Assembly (NCBI GenBank): GCA_050084985.1
Contig: JBITNC010000001.1
Span: forward strand, 27,404,001-27,468,000
Length of the DNA: 64,000 nt
Source of the DNA: Nageia nagi
Taxonomy: Eukaryota; Plantae; Pinophyta
Direction: 5' to 3'
This document shows positions 15,073-28,800 of this stretch, piece by piece. The position numbers and the translations under genes are program-made. Within the stretch, counting starts at the first letter, position 1, and every line of letters begins with the position of its first letter. The notes under the pieces were generated by a model that searched no databases, had not been told where the DNA came from, and saw only the letters and a list, made by a program, of their open reading frames with translations.

Positions 15073-16780
15073 TATGATGAATTATTTTTAATTTATGAGG
15101 TGTTTGATGATAGTTTTCTTAATGTTACCTCACAAGGGACCCAAGGTACATAATTTTCATCTAGATTCGTATGTTGGGAGAAGGATTCAAGTATTTTTTG
15201 TATTTTTAATATAGACCTAAGCTAAACATAAACTAGAAGGAGGACTAAGTTTTTATACATTTTGTATTTTGTTGGTCATTGTCATTTTGTGATTTTATTA
15301 TTATTATATTATTAAAAAAATTGAGGTGGGGTTTTGTTTGAGTCCTCTAACTTATTTTGATGCTTGATCAATACTTAAAGTTCACCTAATATCTATGAAT
15401 AAGTCAAATTTGATTGGTCAAATCATGATCAACTCATGTTCTAATCACTTTTACACTTTTTTGTATTTTGTAAATCATTATGGTGTATACCAAGATGATG
15501 TTCATTTCTATCTCGATACTGTGTCTTGTTTATGGTAGGTACATGGTGATGTTTGAATCCTCTATGTATTCTAAAGTAAGTATGAGATAAATTATAGAAT
15601 TTTTATATACATATACACCAAAATTATACTCATATCTATATCAATATCGTATGTTATTTATGGTAGGTACATGATGATGCTTGACTCATCTACGTATGCT
15701 GAAGCTAGTACAAGATAGATTATAGGTTTTGTGTATATAGTTGGTTTGATTTTGCTAGCTTTCATCCTATCAATGAGGGTGCATGATTATCTTACATAGA
15801 AGGTCATATCATGTTTCTTAATCATGTTCAATTTTTTTATTTTGAACTATCCATGAAATTTGATTTCTTTTAAACATGTGACTTAGGCTATTTTAACAAG
15901 TAAGGATCTTGTTCATTTTAGTTGTATTTTTATTACCTCGTTAAGGGTTAATGATGAGGTGTTTAAGGGGATTTTTAATATCTTTATAAATATGTGCTTG
16001 GAATTCATGCATATTTTTGTATTTACCTCATCTAGAAGAGGGCTCAAATACTTTATATTATGATATTTTATTGCTTTATTATCCATATGAACCTAAGCTA
16101 ATCCTAAAGTAGAAGGAGGGCTTAAGTATTTTCTTCATCATTCCCTTTTTTTAATTTTGAATGTTGCATTTTGAGTATTTGTATAATTTTATGGGTCACC
16201 AATGATTGGTTCTAATCATTAGCATCCAATACAAATAATCAGCATCCACTTTAAAATCACTAATGTTCCAACTCATAATCAAAATAAAAAGACAAAGTGA
16301 CTTGTCATTTTTCTCTTGCTATTTTTGTGAGCTCTAAGTGACCTATCTTATTTTCCACTATGGGCCACCTATTTCATTTCCCTATCACCTTTTGTTATCC
16401 AATATACTGCTAAGGAGGAGATCAACTATCCAAAGGTGACCAATCAAGGAGGAGGTAGGGTTTCAAAACCCTCTTTTTAGTTTTTTATCAAATTTGTTAT
16501 TTTTAGGGCCTAATTTAGAAATGCCAATCCATAAAAGTATTTATTTTCATATTTAGACCACTTTCTCCATATGAAATTTATTTTTTAACTTATTTTTACT
16601 ATTTTACCCTTCTTTGGGCACCTTGGTCATGGTTGCTAGCCATGGTTGAAGGATTTCAATCATCAACGTCTAGCCAACAAACGTTGGTGACTTTGTGACT
16701 TAGCCATTGGGTCATCAACATTTGGTTTTTAGTGTTAGAGTTTTTTTAACTTAATTAATCTTTTATTTTAGGTTCAAGCT

Positions 16781-18726
16781 ATGTTCGATCCTAGGGGCTG
16801 TTATCCCATGATCCTTTTAGATGGTTGTACTTTTCTTATCACTACAAACCACACATTTCTTTAGAGTGTGGGTTTCAACATTGGTCCTTACATGGGTCAT
16901 ATCCATTGGAATTACCCTCTAATGGTCACTTTTCTTGAGATATGGGAATCCATCACATCTACTTTCTATTGCCCGATAGGGAAGATGATGATTACTGTAG
17001 AGGATATTCATCTCTTGTACTTATTACCCATTTAGGATCAGAGGATTTAGCATGTTGTTGATCAAGATCATATTATACCAACCATTTCTTATTTTTATGG
17101 GGCTAACTGAGTTGATATAATCATATTTGAGATAATCTTAGGCAAGATCATGTATCTTTAGTACTAGCATGATGATCAATAGGGGAGTATTAGGTTCTCA
17201 TTTTTTATGGGGTGTATCTAGTGCCACGTGTTACCTGATACATGCAATGGTAGGTTTACCTAGTTATTACTTCCAATAATGGTAAATATAATGCATCATG
17301 GCACCATATTTGCTTAGACTCCTACTTTTTTGGTATAGTGTTATAAAGAGCTTTTCTTCTACTTGTAGGATCATAGGACCTCATTGATAGTTACAGTCAC
17401 TTTGAAGGCATGGGCGTATGATCATATTATTATGGTACATCCTCATGGACTTCCCATTCTTATTTTTACTGCACATGCAAAGTATCCTATAGGGATTATA
17501 TGATGGAGGGAGGATTTATACATTTTTCCCAAAGATGGAGTTTATCATGATGTGGGGTTTTATCGTAACATGTTGAGTTAGCTTATTCCTAATCATGTTA
17601 GGTTTCACCCATACCATCTATATCTAGTATGGGATGAGCTTGAAGTTGAGCTTATCAATAGTATATAGGTAAGATTATTCAATGGTAAATTGATTAATTT
17701 TTTAGAGTATTTCTAGTTTGACCATATCAAATAGTAGTTTGGGCTTGTATAGGATATTCCTCTAGAGCCCACTAGATATCAAAGAGAGGGCACCCTTTTG
17801 ATAGAGGATCTTGATCCCTTGGTTTATGTAGAGCCTAATATTGAGAGAGATGAGGCTACAAATGAGGATTTTTATGTATATAATGTTGAAATTACTGAGG
17901 TTTTTACTTCTTGGTCATAGGATGAGCTATTGGATACTGATGAGGGTGACTAGGGTCATTAAGTGAGACAACATTTGGAGGATCCTAATGTGGATCCTAA
18001 TGTGGAGGGAGAGAAAGAAATTAAGAAGGTTATCATTAGTGAGGAAGCTTTAGGGGAGGATAGACCAATTCTAGAGATATAGATTCATGACTCATTACTA
18101 AGCAAGATTGAGGAGCTCAAATTTTTGCTTGGGCATTCATGATCATTACTTGACTATTCTCATCAGGATAATGAGTCTTTATGTGCATAGCTTCAATGGC
18201 TCAAGCACTTAGATGAGGATTAGCTCAAATATAGGGCAAAGAGATATAGGGCATAGGCTATGGTGTAGACATTACAATAGTATATAGAAGTAGAGGGTAT
18301 CATAGCTGGTGTGAATAGGTACTCTTCTACCTTTGTTAGATATATTTATATATAAAAGGATTACTATTGGGGGGTATTTAACATATGGTTAGTAGGAATT
18401 ACTTCTTTTAGGCCCACTTTAGAGTATTCACTTTTTCCCTCAAGTTACACCCCTTTGTATATCAATGCTCTCCTAGCTACTTCAGCTAATGGGGTACAAG
18501 GTGGTGTTAAAATGCAAGAGTGAGTAGGGGAAGAGTTTCAACCTCTCCTAGCAGGAGTGCTATTGCTACTTCATCTCATCATAGGCTTGGGTCTTCAAAT
18601 ATTATGGTTTCTAAGTGAGAGAGGAGTATTGGTAGCCTATCAATATAAAGAGGTTCAAAGGTTGGTGATACCAGTGATCAGGGTGGTGAAGAGGGAAGAA
18701 AGTATGAGGATGCCTCTAAGGATTGA
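16781..18726 (+). pseudogene. Plant Mobile Domain (PMD, MAIN/MAIL1-like) extra ORF, antisense to gag-pol inside element D
   Basis: Manual translation gives EIWESITSTFYCPIGKMMITVEDIHLLYLLPI (16937), FA*TPTFLV*CYKEL (about 17310), LKAWAYDH (17402) and EYF*FDHIK**FGLV*DIP (about 17705). These match PMD motifs ERW..ETHTF.LP.GEMTITLED, YSWG..LA.LYREL, LQ.WAWE and E.H.PDRV.RQFG..Q.IP. An acidic, a coiled-coil-like and a Ser-rich stretch follow. Ends are approximate. Confidence 0.85.
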
Positions 18727-21700
18727 TTATTAGTCCTTTTTGTTATGTCATTTTGTTTATGATGTGATGTTGATGGATGATATCTATTATATTCATTTTT
18801 TAATCATGGTGATCATGATTTGGATGACATGGATGCCTAGGTGATGGACACTATGATTATTACTCATGTTTATGATGATGGCTTGATGAGTTGTTATTTT
18901 GATATTATCATGTGTCATATTATGAATGATGAATCTAAGGTTATATTTAATTTCAATGTTTTATGTCATGATGATGGATCATTGATGTTACTTTACATTA
19001 TGTTGTATGATAATAATATCTAATATTTTGATGGATGAATGGTTCCCATATGATGCAATCATTTAATTTATTATAGATCCCTATCACTACTTGTTATATT
19101 TTGGATAATATTTTATTTATAGTAGTATGAAATTAGATATCATCATTTTTCATTTTTCTTGGCTATTTATACACATGGGATAACATATGTATGTAAAATG
19201 GTATGAATACATAAATAGTTAAATGTATGAATGTATAATGATATGGATGTACAATCATGGATAAGTGAATATGATTGAATGGTATAACTATTTGAGTTTC
19301 AAACATAACAATATGGTTAACCTACCAAGATAATAATATGTATTGTGAAATAAAATGAATGTATAATATCATAAATGAGTATAATGAATAATATATTCAT
19401 ATTAATTTTATCAAATAATATTTCATTTCAATTTCATCTACTAAGGACAATATAAAAAAAAAGTTGTGATACACCTAAGTCATGTGTGTGTGATAATATT
19501 CATTTCCTTCTCTTAATGCTCACCAACTTAATGTTTTAAGAGCATAAAATATGTAAGCTGATTTGTTCATATCCAAAATTCCATCATAAAGATTGGATGT
19601 GTTACCTTTTTGTAAGATATATCTCACTATGAGATAGGTGTTCATAGTCCCGATGAAGACTAACCCCTAGATCCTATTATAACCTTGCTCTATTTCTAGT
19701 TAGGCATCCATAGCTCTGATAAAGGATAATGTAATCACCCAAAAATTCTACTTTACTTTTTTTCTTTTTTTGAATCTTTTTTCTATCTATATATTTTTTT
19801 TCTATCTTTTTTCTTTCTATCCTATCTCTTGGGGGTGAGATGAAGCGAAATAATAGGACAAATATGCTCAAGGAACATCAATTTTTTTTATTATTTCAAG
19901 ATATAGAATGTGTAAAAGTGTATGGGTTCATAATATTCTAAAAATGTATTAGGATTATGTTTGTTTATCATCCAAAGTTTCAAAAATCTAGTGGAAGATA
20001 TTTTGACAAAATAGGCTGTGAATATTATACTCATCAACTACTTTATTTATATTATGTACATATAGGTATGTATATACATAATTGTTTGGGTTTTTATAAT
20101 TTTTTAAAAAAAATTTAGTCATCTTCTACTCGTACATAATGGATTCCATATCAGGTGAGGGTTTGCAGTAGATGACTATGAGAGATGGGATGAAAATGAT
20201 AACTAGAATAGACCAATGTGTGGCATGATGAGTGATAGACACAAATAACATGAATTCCTAATAAAATATATTTAGAAATATTATGTGGGAAATGGTTAGT
20301 TCATCAAAAATTATTGAGGATGTAAGGATGGTGGTCCATAGAATTTGACAAATCTACAAATAAGTGGATTGACATAGGAATTAATCATAATCCTCCATAT
20401 AAAATCTAGTCTAGAAAGTAGGCAGATGAGATTTTAGAGAAAATATTCATCAAGTATGTTATAATTCATGCAAGTTCCCTAACATGATCCATGATCAATA
20501 TATATATGCTCACCCAAAAGGAATCTTTTAGAATGTTTAAAACACAATCAAATCTATCTAATAGACTCAACAATACTTTCATAGATAAAATATCATATTG
20601 AACACCATAAAAAAACTCAAAAAAATAGTTTGTGTCTACATCTAATGATAGAAGTTGACTTTCTATGTGGTTGTTTGGGAATGTTCAAGTTGAACATGGA
20701 ATATAAAGGGAAGATAATTCCCAAGGAGTAGGTGGAATATGATATGGATAAGCTACCTCCTGATTAGTCTATACATAAATACAATGAAGATGATCCATGA
20801 TGCTTGTGTTTGGTATATAATCAGCCACCTATAATATTATATGTAAATTTCAAAAATAAATTTTTTAAAGACACAACATATATAAAGCTTTTATTTGCAT
20901 TAAAATAATTAATAGGCATGCAAAGATCAAGTAATATATATACAACACACACACACACACATATGTATAAGACACATATTTTTATTTATTTTTTAATTTT
21001 TCAATATTTTTATCATTTTCCATATTTTTATTTTAATAATATTTTTTATATTTTTTTTACAATGCAAAGTGATTTACAACCTTTCAATGATAATGGTAAA
21101 TAATTTTCCTATGAATAATCCAACGTACATGATCTAAGATGTAGAAGTAAGGAGACCTCAATTGAAGGTGGAGAGGACCTTGCCCTAGAATAAATGGTTA
21201 GGAACAAATAGGATATGAAACAAGTGGTGGGGGTGGTGACTTAGGATTTGGCTTAAACTTCCTAATGACTTTCTCAGGTTTCATAAATGAAGTTAAAGCT
21301 TTAGTATGTACCTCAGGAAGTATCAAAAATGAAGATATGTATGTAGGATGTAGTGAAACAGGAGGTGGTGGAATCAGTGGTAATGGAGAAGTTCACAACA
21401 AGAAGTAGAGAATGAGGCTTCCTACAAAAATATCAAAACTCCTATTATCAATGATGTTGGAATAGTGTTCCTATCAAACATTTTTAATTCATTTTATTTT
21501 ACCTAGACATTAACTAATTTGTTCAAATCATGCTTTTACATTCAAAGGATTGTTCGCACATTAATTATTACTAAATAATGAATTATAATTATATATAATT
21601 TCATCTTTTAGAAAGGATGGCATAATATATGACAACACTTGATCAAAAATAATTGAATTCAAAATAAAAGAATGTCCCATAAATTGGATATGAACATCTT

Positions 21701-22809
21701 CAATGCAATCTATCACAATTTTGGGTTTATCATAAGGTCAATGTAGATAGAACCATTATAATGAACTCATTTTAGATTCTTATTCCATCCACATTTCTTG
21801 TGCCTTTACTTCCATTGCAACCTTTAAACCATGTTTTTTTACTTTCATGCATTTGATTTATGATTTTTAAAGTATTTCATGGCGATCACCAATTGCACTT
21901 CTTTAGATAAATCAGGAAAATGTACCATAAGTGTAAAAGGATTTTTTCAAAGTAATTACATGTAGACATCTCTTTTATATCTATCCATAAAATTTTTACC
22001 AACATAGTCAAATTAAAAAAATGTACTTGTTTAGGAACTTCTAACCTTTTGGTTATTATTATTTTTTTGATATGGTCACAAGACAAGGGAGATATAAACC
22101 TTGACTTTACTTGAGATAATCATTTATTGATATTTCTCTTGACTCTTTTTTATTTCTTAGGTTTAGGCAAAAATGAAGAAGAAAAATCATATATTAACTT
22201 TTGATGATGCAAATCTCCTACAAGCTAATTCATCCAAGTTATGATTGGATGTAAGCTTTATAGATCTTAAGATGCATCATCTAAACTTCAATCATTAAAA
22301 GTGAATTAAGTATGATTTTGGATGCTGCAATAGGTCAATACAAGCATAATAAATTTATTTTTTGTACCTACTCACAATAATGATAACAACTTTGGAAATA
22401 TATGGCCCTATCTAGGTAAATTTTAAGATTTTTTTTCTTTAACACATATTTTCCAACCATCAAATGTACCTAGACAATGCCTCAAGGCTAGATCCCTTTG
22501 TATGTCAATTGGTAATCAAAGAACATTATATACTCCTTAGAAAGTAAATTATGTGAGTCTGGATATGGATTTATCTCCTAAATATCTAGACTTCCCAAAC
22601 CATATTTCTTGCTTTATTCCTTTCCTTTTTAGTGGCATGTGAACACTCTTGATTCTTTTCATTACCATATGTTAAATTCTTTTTTTTTTATTAGTTCATT
22701 ATGAAATTTTTAATTTCTTTATCTAAATATTTACCATATATACACAAAGAAAATAAAGTGACTTCAACTATAAAAGGGGTGAAGAAATGTGATATTTATT
22801 GGTTCGTGC

Positions 22810-25800
22810 TCTTCATTACCTTCTAAGTCAGCTACATGATATGCTCTTAAACCAAACTTTCTTTTAATTATGTAAGGTCCTAACCAGTTAGGGGAAAATT
22901 TTTCATAAAGTTACCTTTCCATTCATGAATTTTATTGACTTTATCTCAATACTAGGTCTCCTATATTGAATTCATGAATTTTAACTTTTTTATTAAAAGC
23001 TTATTTAATATGAATTTGATAGGTATGCATGTATTCTTAAGCATTAACTTGTATTTCATCCAAGAGAAATAATTAGTTTAATCCCATTTGATGAGTTGCT
23101 TCATCTATGATATAATCTTGTAAAGAAATTTGCAAGGATGGGATTTCTATTTCTAAGGGTAAGACTCCTTCTACCCCATAGACTAGAGAAAATGGGGTTG
23201 CCTCAGTAGGAGTTTGAATGCTAGTGCGATCGGCCCATAAAGCATGTGGAATCTTTGCATACCAATCTCTATGAGAGTTGTCAACTATTTTGAGTAGAAT
23301 ACTCTAAATATGGTATTGAAAAACTAATCTAAATATGATATTCTTTGCATAAAGCTAATACTTTGTTGTTTTTGAATTCTTTCCATTATTTATGATAATT
23401 TGATCAAGAATTCCAAATTGACAAATAATATAATGCTCTATGAATTCTACTATTTTCGATCTTTTTGTTGAAATCATATGAATAGCCTCAACCTATTTTG
23501 TAAAGTATTTTGTAGTTGTTATTATAAATTTATGACCTCCTAAGGATATTGGGGATATTTGACATATCAAATCCAATTCCCATATCGAAAATAGTCATAA
23601 TGATTGCATGGGTTGTCATGCTTGTGATGGTTGATTAAACAAGTTAGAATGTTGTTGGCATTTGATGTATTTTTTAACATATTCTATGCAATCATGCTCC
23701 ATGGTGGGCCAATAATATCCTATATATATTAGACATTTTATTACTGTGGGACCACTAAAATGCCCTTCATATATTCCATCATGTGCACATGAGATTGTGA
23801 TTTATGAATCTACCCATTCTAAGCATCTAAGTAATATGCTATAAAAACCTCTATGATATAGGACATATTTGAGCATACAAAAACAAGAAGATTTTAATTT
23901 GAATACTTTCATACCTAGTTTTGTTAAATTAATAGGTAGGATTCCATCTTTTAAGAATTTCATTAGTTGGATATACCATAAATTTTTATCTTCCATTGTA
24001 ATATCGAGAACTACATGTTCTAGTCCATCCATTTCCAATGAGGATTGGGTAATTTGGACTATCTTAATGTGAATGGTTTATTGATGAGGGTTTTCAAGTA
24101 TCAAAGACACAATTGAAGCCATAGTGTCAATGAATCTATTGGTTGATCTTTATGTTGCTTATAGACCATATTTTTCAAATGATTGTAACAAATTATTCAC
24201 TAATTTTTTTATATTTTTATAATAAAGGTTCTTTACATTGAAAATGCCTTTTAAATTTATTTACTATTAATAAAGAATCACTAATAAATTTAACCCTTTT
24301 TAGTTTTAATTTCATGGTCATCTTTATGTCTAATACTAAAGCTTCATACTCATCATTATTGTTTGTACATGGAAAGGAGTAAGGTATAGAGACCCCTTGA
24401 GGTGTAACATCCTCCAATTTTTTCACATCTTGATCCATCAAAATATATTATCATATCCTAATTTTCTTTAGGATCAATAGGAATTTCAATTTCTAATAAT
24501 TGAAAAATATATTCATCTGGTAGTTCAACAATGAGTGGTTTATCATGTATAAAGGTTCTTTTGTAAATAATCAGCAATAAATTGACCTTTGATCAATTTT
24601 TTACTTATGAAATGTAAATCAAGTTCATTCAAATGCATAATCCATTTATATGTCCTTGTATTTTGATAAGTTCTATTCATCATGTATTTCAATGGATCTA
24701 CTTTAGCAATTACATATGTGGTATGATTTAACATGTAATGTCTCAGCTTCTTAGTTGCAAAAACCATAGCTAAACATAACTTTTCCATGTATACGTAGTT
24801 AATTTCATAACCAAATAGGGTTTGATTATGATAATATATATATTTCTCCTTATTGTTTTTATACTTTTGAGCAAGCATAGTTTCCAATGTTGATTCTGTA
24901 GCAGACATGTAAAGTAGAAATGGTTCCCCTTCCTTAGGTGGGACTAAAACTAGAGGTGATAAAAGATAACATTTTATTTCCTCAAACACTTCTTGTTGTT
25001 CAATTCCCTAGTGGAATATAATCCCCTTTTTTTAATAATTTATTGAAAGGTTTACACTTATCAGATAATTGTGAAATAAAATGTCTTATAACTTACCTTT
25101 TAAACTTTATAATTATTTAATATTTGAAGGGGAAGGCAAATTTACTGTATCTTTTATTTTATTAGGGTCTACTTCAATTTCTCACTTGGAGATAATAAAG
25201 CCTAATAATTTTTGTAATGTAATCCCAAAAACACATTTTTTGGGATTTAATCAAATACTATGCTCTAATAACCTATCAAATATTAATGATAAGTACCTTT
25301 GGATGGTCTTCTTGTATTTTATACTTAGCTAATAGATCATCCAAATAATATTCTATGATATCATGCATGTAATCATGGAAAATGTACATCATTTTCCATT
25401 GGGAAGTAGCTCCTACATTCTTTAGACCAAAAGGCATGACCTTATAATAAAACATTCTCCAAGGTGTTGTGAATGTTATTTTATGTTGATCTTCAGGTGC
25501 TACTCTTATTTGTTTGTACCCTAAGAATCCATCCATGAGAGATAGCATTTCATGTCTAGCAGTAGATTCAACTAAACTATCTATGTTTGGTAGTTGAAAA
25601 TCATCCTTAGGGAAAGCTTTATTTAAATCTCTAAAATCCATGCATATGTGAATCTTTCCATTAGACTTTTTAATTGACCATGTTGGAAATCCAATTAGAA
25701 TAATCAATGGGATGGATGAATTTGGCTTCTAAAAGTTTTTGTAATTCTTCCAATAACACTATTTTTGGATGCATCTTACATAATTTTTGTTTGGCTATTT

Positions 25801-28800
25801 TAGTATCTTCTTTAATACCTATGTTATGCACCACCATGTTTGGGTCCAATCTTAGCATATCAACATATGACCATGCAAATATCTTTTGACTTTCTTTAAG
25901 TATAGATACAAATTCTCCTCTCTCATCTTCATTTAGTGAATTTCCTAGTTGAATAATCTTAGGATTATTTGGATCATCACTTAAGTCAACCTTGATGGTT
26001 TCTTCAATTAACATGTGGACCCCTCTTCCAATTAATTTGGTATCGAAATTCAATTCTTATCATTTAGGTTATATTCTTCATCTTCACCTAAATTTCGGTC
26101 CTCTAAGGTAGTATTAATGGTGAATTCTTAGGTTTGTAATTTAGCATCTATATCTTTGAAGTCTTGTATTATAGGTTGTTTACAAATTAACATAAATTCT
26201 ACAATATTTTCATCTACCATGAAGTATGATGAAGAGTTACTTGAACTTATTAGGCTTAATTATTCAAACTTATCACTTCTATACCAGTCAAAAGATGCTT
26301 CTTCTAAAGCATCATTAGATATTTTTTTGATTTATACCATATTACTTAATACAACATTAGGAAATAGTCTTTCTAAGGATAATGTTTCATGTTCTGAATT
26401 ATCTTGATTTAGTATCTCTTTAGAATTTTCACATGATTTTTTATATTCTAGTTTTTTTTGTTCTAGCTCAACTATTTTACAACTAGATCTTTTTTTATTC
26501 TTACTTTTGTATCCCAATCTTATTTTATCAATTAGTAATTGGTAATAAATATCAATTGAATATCTAGGTCCTTGTTCATATCATCTTAAACCTTCTCCTT
26601 TCCATTTACATCTATCAAAATATATTTGAATGAACTATCTCACATAAGGTGATAGATATTCTAATGAGTTATAGAAAACACCTTCATGTGATTAAGGTAT
26701 AGAAATGAGAGGTGGTTTATAGGACCTATATAAACAAAGAGAGTTTGATTAGGATCTTTTCCTAATGGCATGAATTTTCCCACTACACTAGAAAACTCTT
26801 TTTGTCTTCCTATTTCTTGAGCAAAAGGAATACTAAAAATAATATCATCAATTACAAATTTCTCTATACCACAATCTAGTAGTTTTATTGTTACTAGATA
26901 AATATTTGATGACTTATATTTTTCTTGATAATCATCATTTTTTATTGATGTATCCACATGATATGGAATTTTTGATGAAGAAACTTGGCTTAATTTATCT
27001 AATTTTCATGCTCTTTCCTCCCAAGTACATTTTTCTTGGGATGTGGGTCTTATCTATGGTGATGAAACATCACTAATCTTTTGTTGAGTTTTGGATGATT
27101 CTTGATTGATATCATGTTCTTCTTTTAAAGTGCTCAAGGAAGAATTATTCTCACCCATCCGAATAATCAATGGTTTTTCTAATGGTATTGGTGTTGTAAA
27201 ATAATGAGTAGATAGTAAATTTACTTCTTTTGATAAATGTGCACTATTACAATGTGAATATGAGTTTTCATCTTTAGAAATACAATGTACACCCTTATGG
27301 ATATACTTTAGATGATTATGATATATTTATTGGATGCATTGCATATCTCTAATCCAAATTCTTCCTAGAAGGATGTTATATTGGGTTATGTCTCCTTCGA
27401 TTACTTGCAATATTATTTGCACTATTTTAGACCCTGTAGTGATAAGCAACAAAATTGATCCCATTATTGAATGTAAAGAATCATTAAATACTTTTAGTTG
27501 TAGGGTTGGTGCACAAATGTGTGAGAATAGAAGATTTATATTCTTATATGTAGTTGTTGAAATAATGTTTATTATTGAACCTTCATTAATCAATATTCTT
27601 TTCAAAGATTTCCCATCTACCATAGACATGATGTGCAAAGATGGATCTTGACCATATGTCTCATTTGAATATTTAACTTCATGATCATAGAAAATAATAG
27701 TAGGTTTTTGACTTATTTTAATATTTCCTACAAAAGATACAAAGCTTTTAGGATCATTTATTTCCAACTCAATTATTTGTAATAATTGGTTCATTGCATC
27801 TCTATGATTCTTAGATTGTTGTAGTAACTCAAATAGAGACATTTTCACTTGTGAATTTGTTAATTATTTATGTAGAGCTCCTTTCACTGAAACCTTGAGA
27901 GGTTGAGATTTAGGTATATTGGGTTGCACAACAATCTTATCTAGTTGATAATATGGAATAGCATTTTATGTTCCTTGTTATCTTTGAGCTCTTGTAGTAA
28001 TATTTACCATCCCTATGAATATTAAGTTTTCATAACTCCAATTATGTGTTACTTGATTCTCATGCAGATGTAATGAAATGTTATTAGCTTGATGTTGAGA
28101 AAGATGGTTTTGATAAATTCCTAAATTTTGATTAGGGATAGCTAGAGGATTATCAACTTCCAATTTTGTTTGATCAATTATATTTTAAATTGTGTTGTAA
28201 ATTCCTACATCTATTTGTATCATGACCCTTTTGGTGATGGAAATGAAAAAATTCATTTTCATTATACCATTTGGTATTTTTAGCATCAAGATGTTCAAGT
28301 CTTATATTTGGTAAAGTAAATACTTAATGATCACAAAGTTTCCTTAGAATATCATAAAGAGATTCTATCAAAGGTGTGAATTTTCTTTGGGGTTTAGAAT
28401 CAATTTCTTCATTTTGTGGGGGATTTAGTTTTGCCTCTTTAGTGATAGAAAAATTTTTAGTAGGTGATGGTTTACGTCTTTGTTCTATTTTATTTTTTTC
28501 TTAACATGAGGGTCATTTTTCTTACCTTTTATCTCACCATCTTGAATCTTAACTTTTTTTATTATGACAACTTGGGAAATAGCTTCTTTGAAGGTCTTAT
28601 GTTGTTGTATCAATAAGGTACTAACAATAGGCCTTAAAAAACTTTAACTAAATATTTTGAACCAACTCTTATTGAAGTAGAGTATGAGTTATGCTTGTTA
28701 ATATTACCCTCCACCTTAAGATGAAATCAGTAATTGATTCATCTTGGAATTGTTGTAATCTTGTAAGATCGATAATGGAGGATTTATCTTTAATATTGAT

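Noticed and set aside
14914-15153. 79-aa ORF with a CV repeat
   Set aside because: Translation of the (TA)n(TG)n microsatellite.
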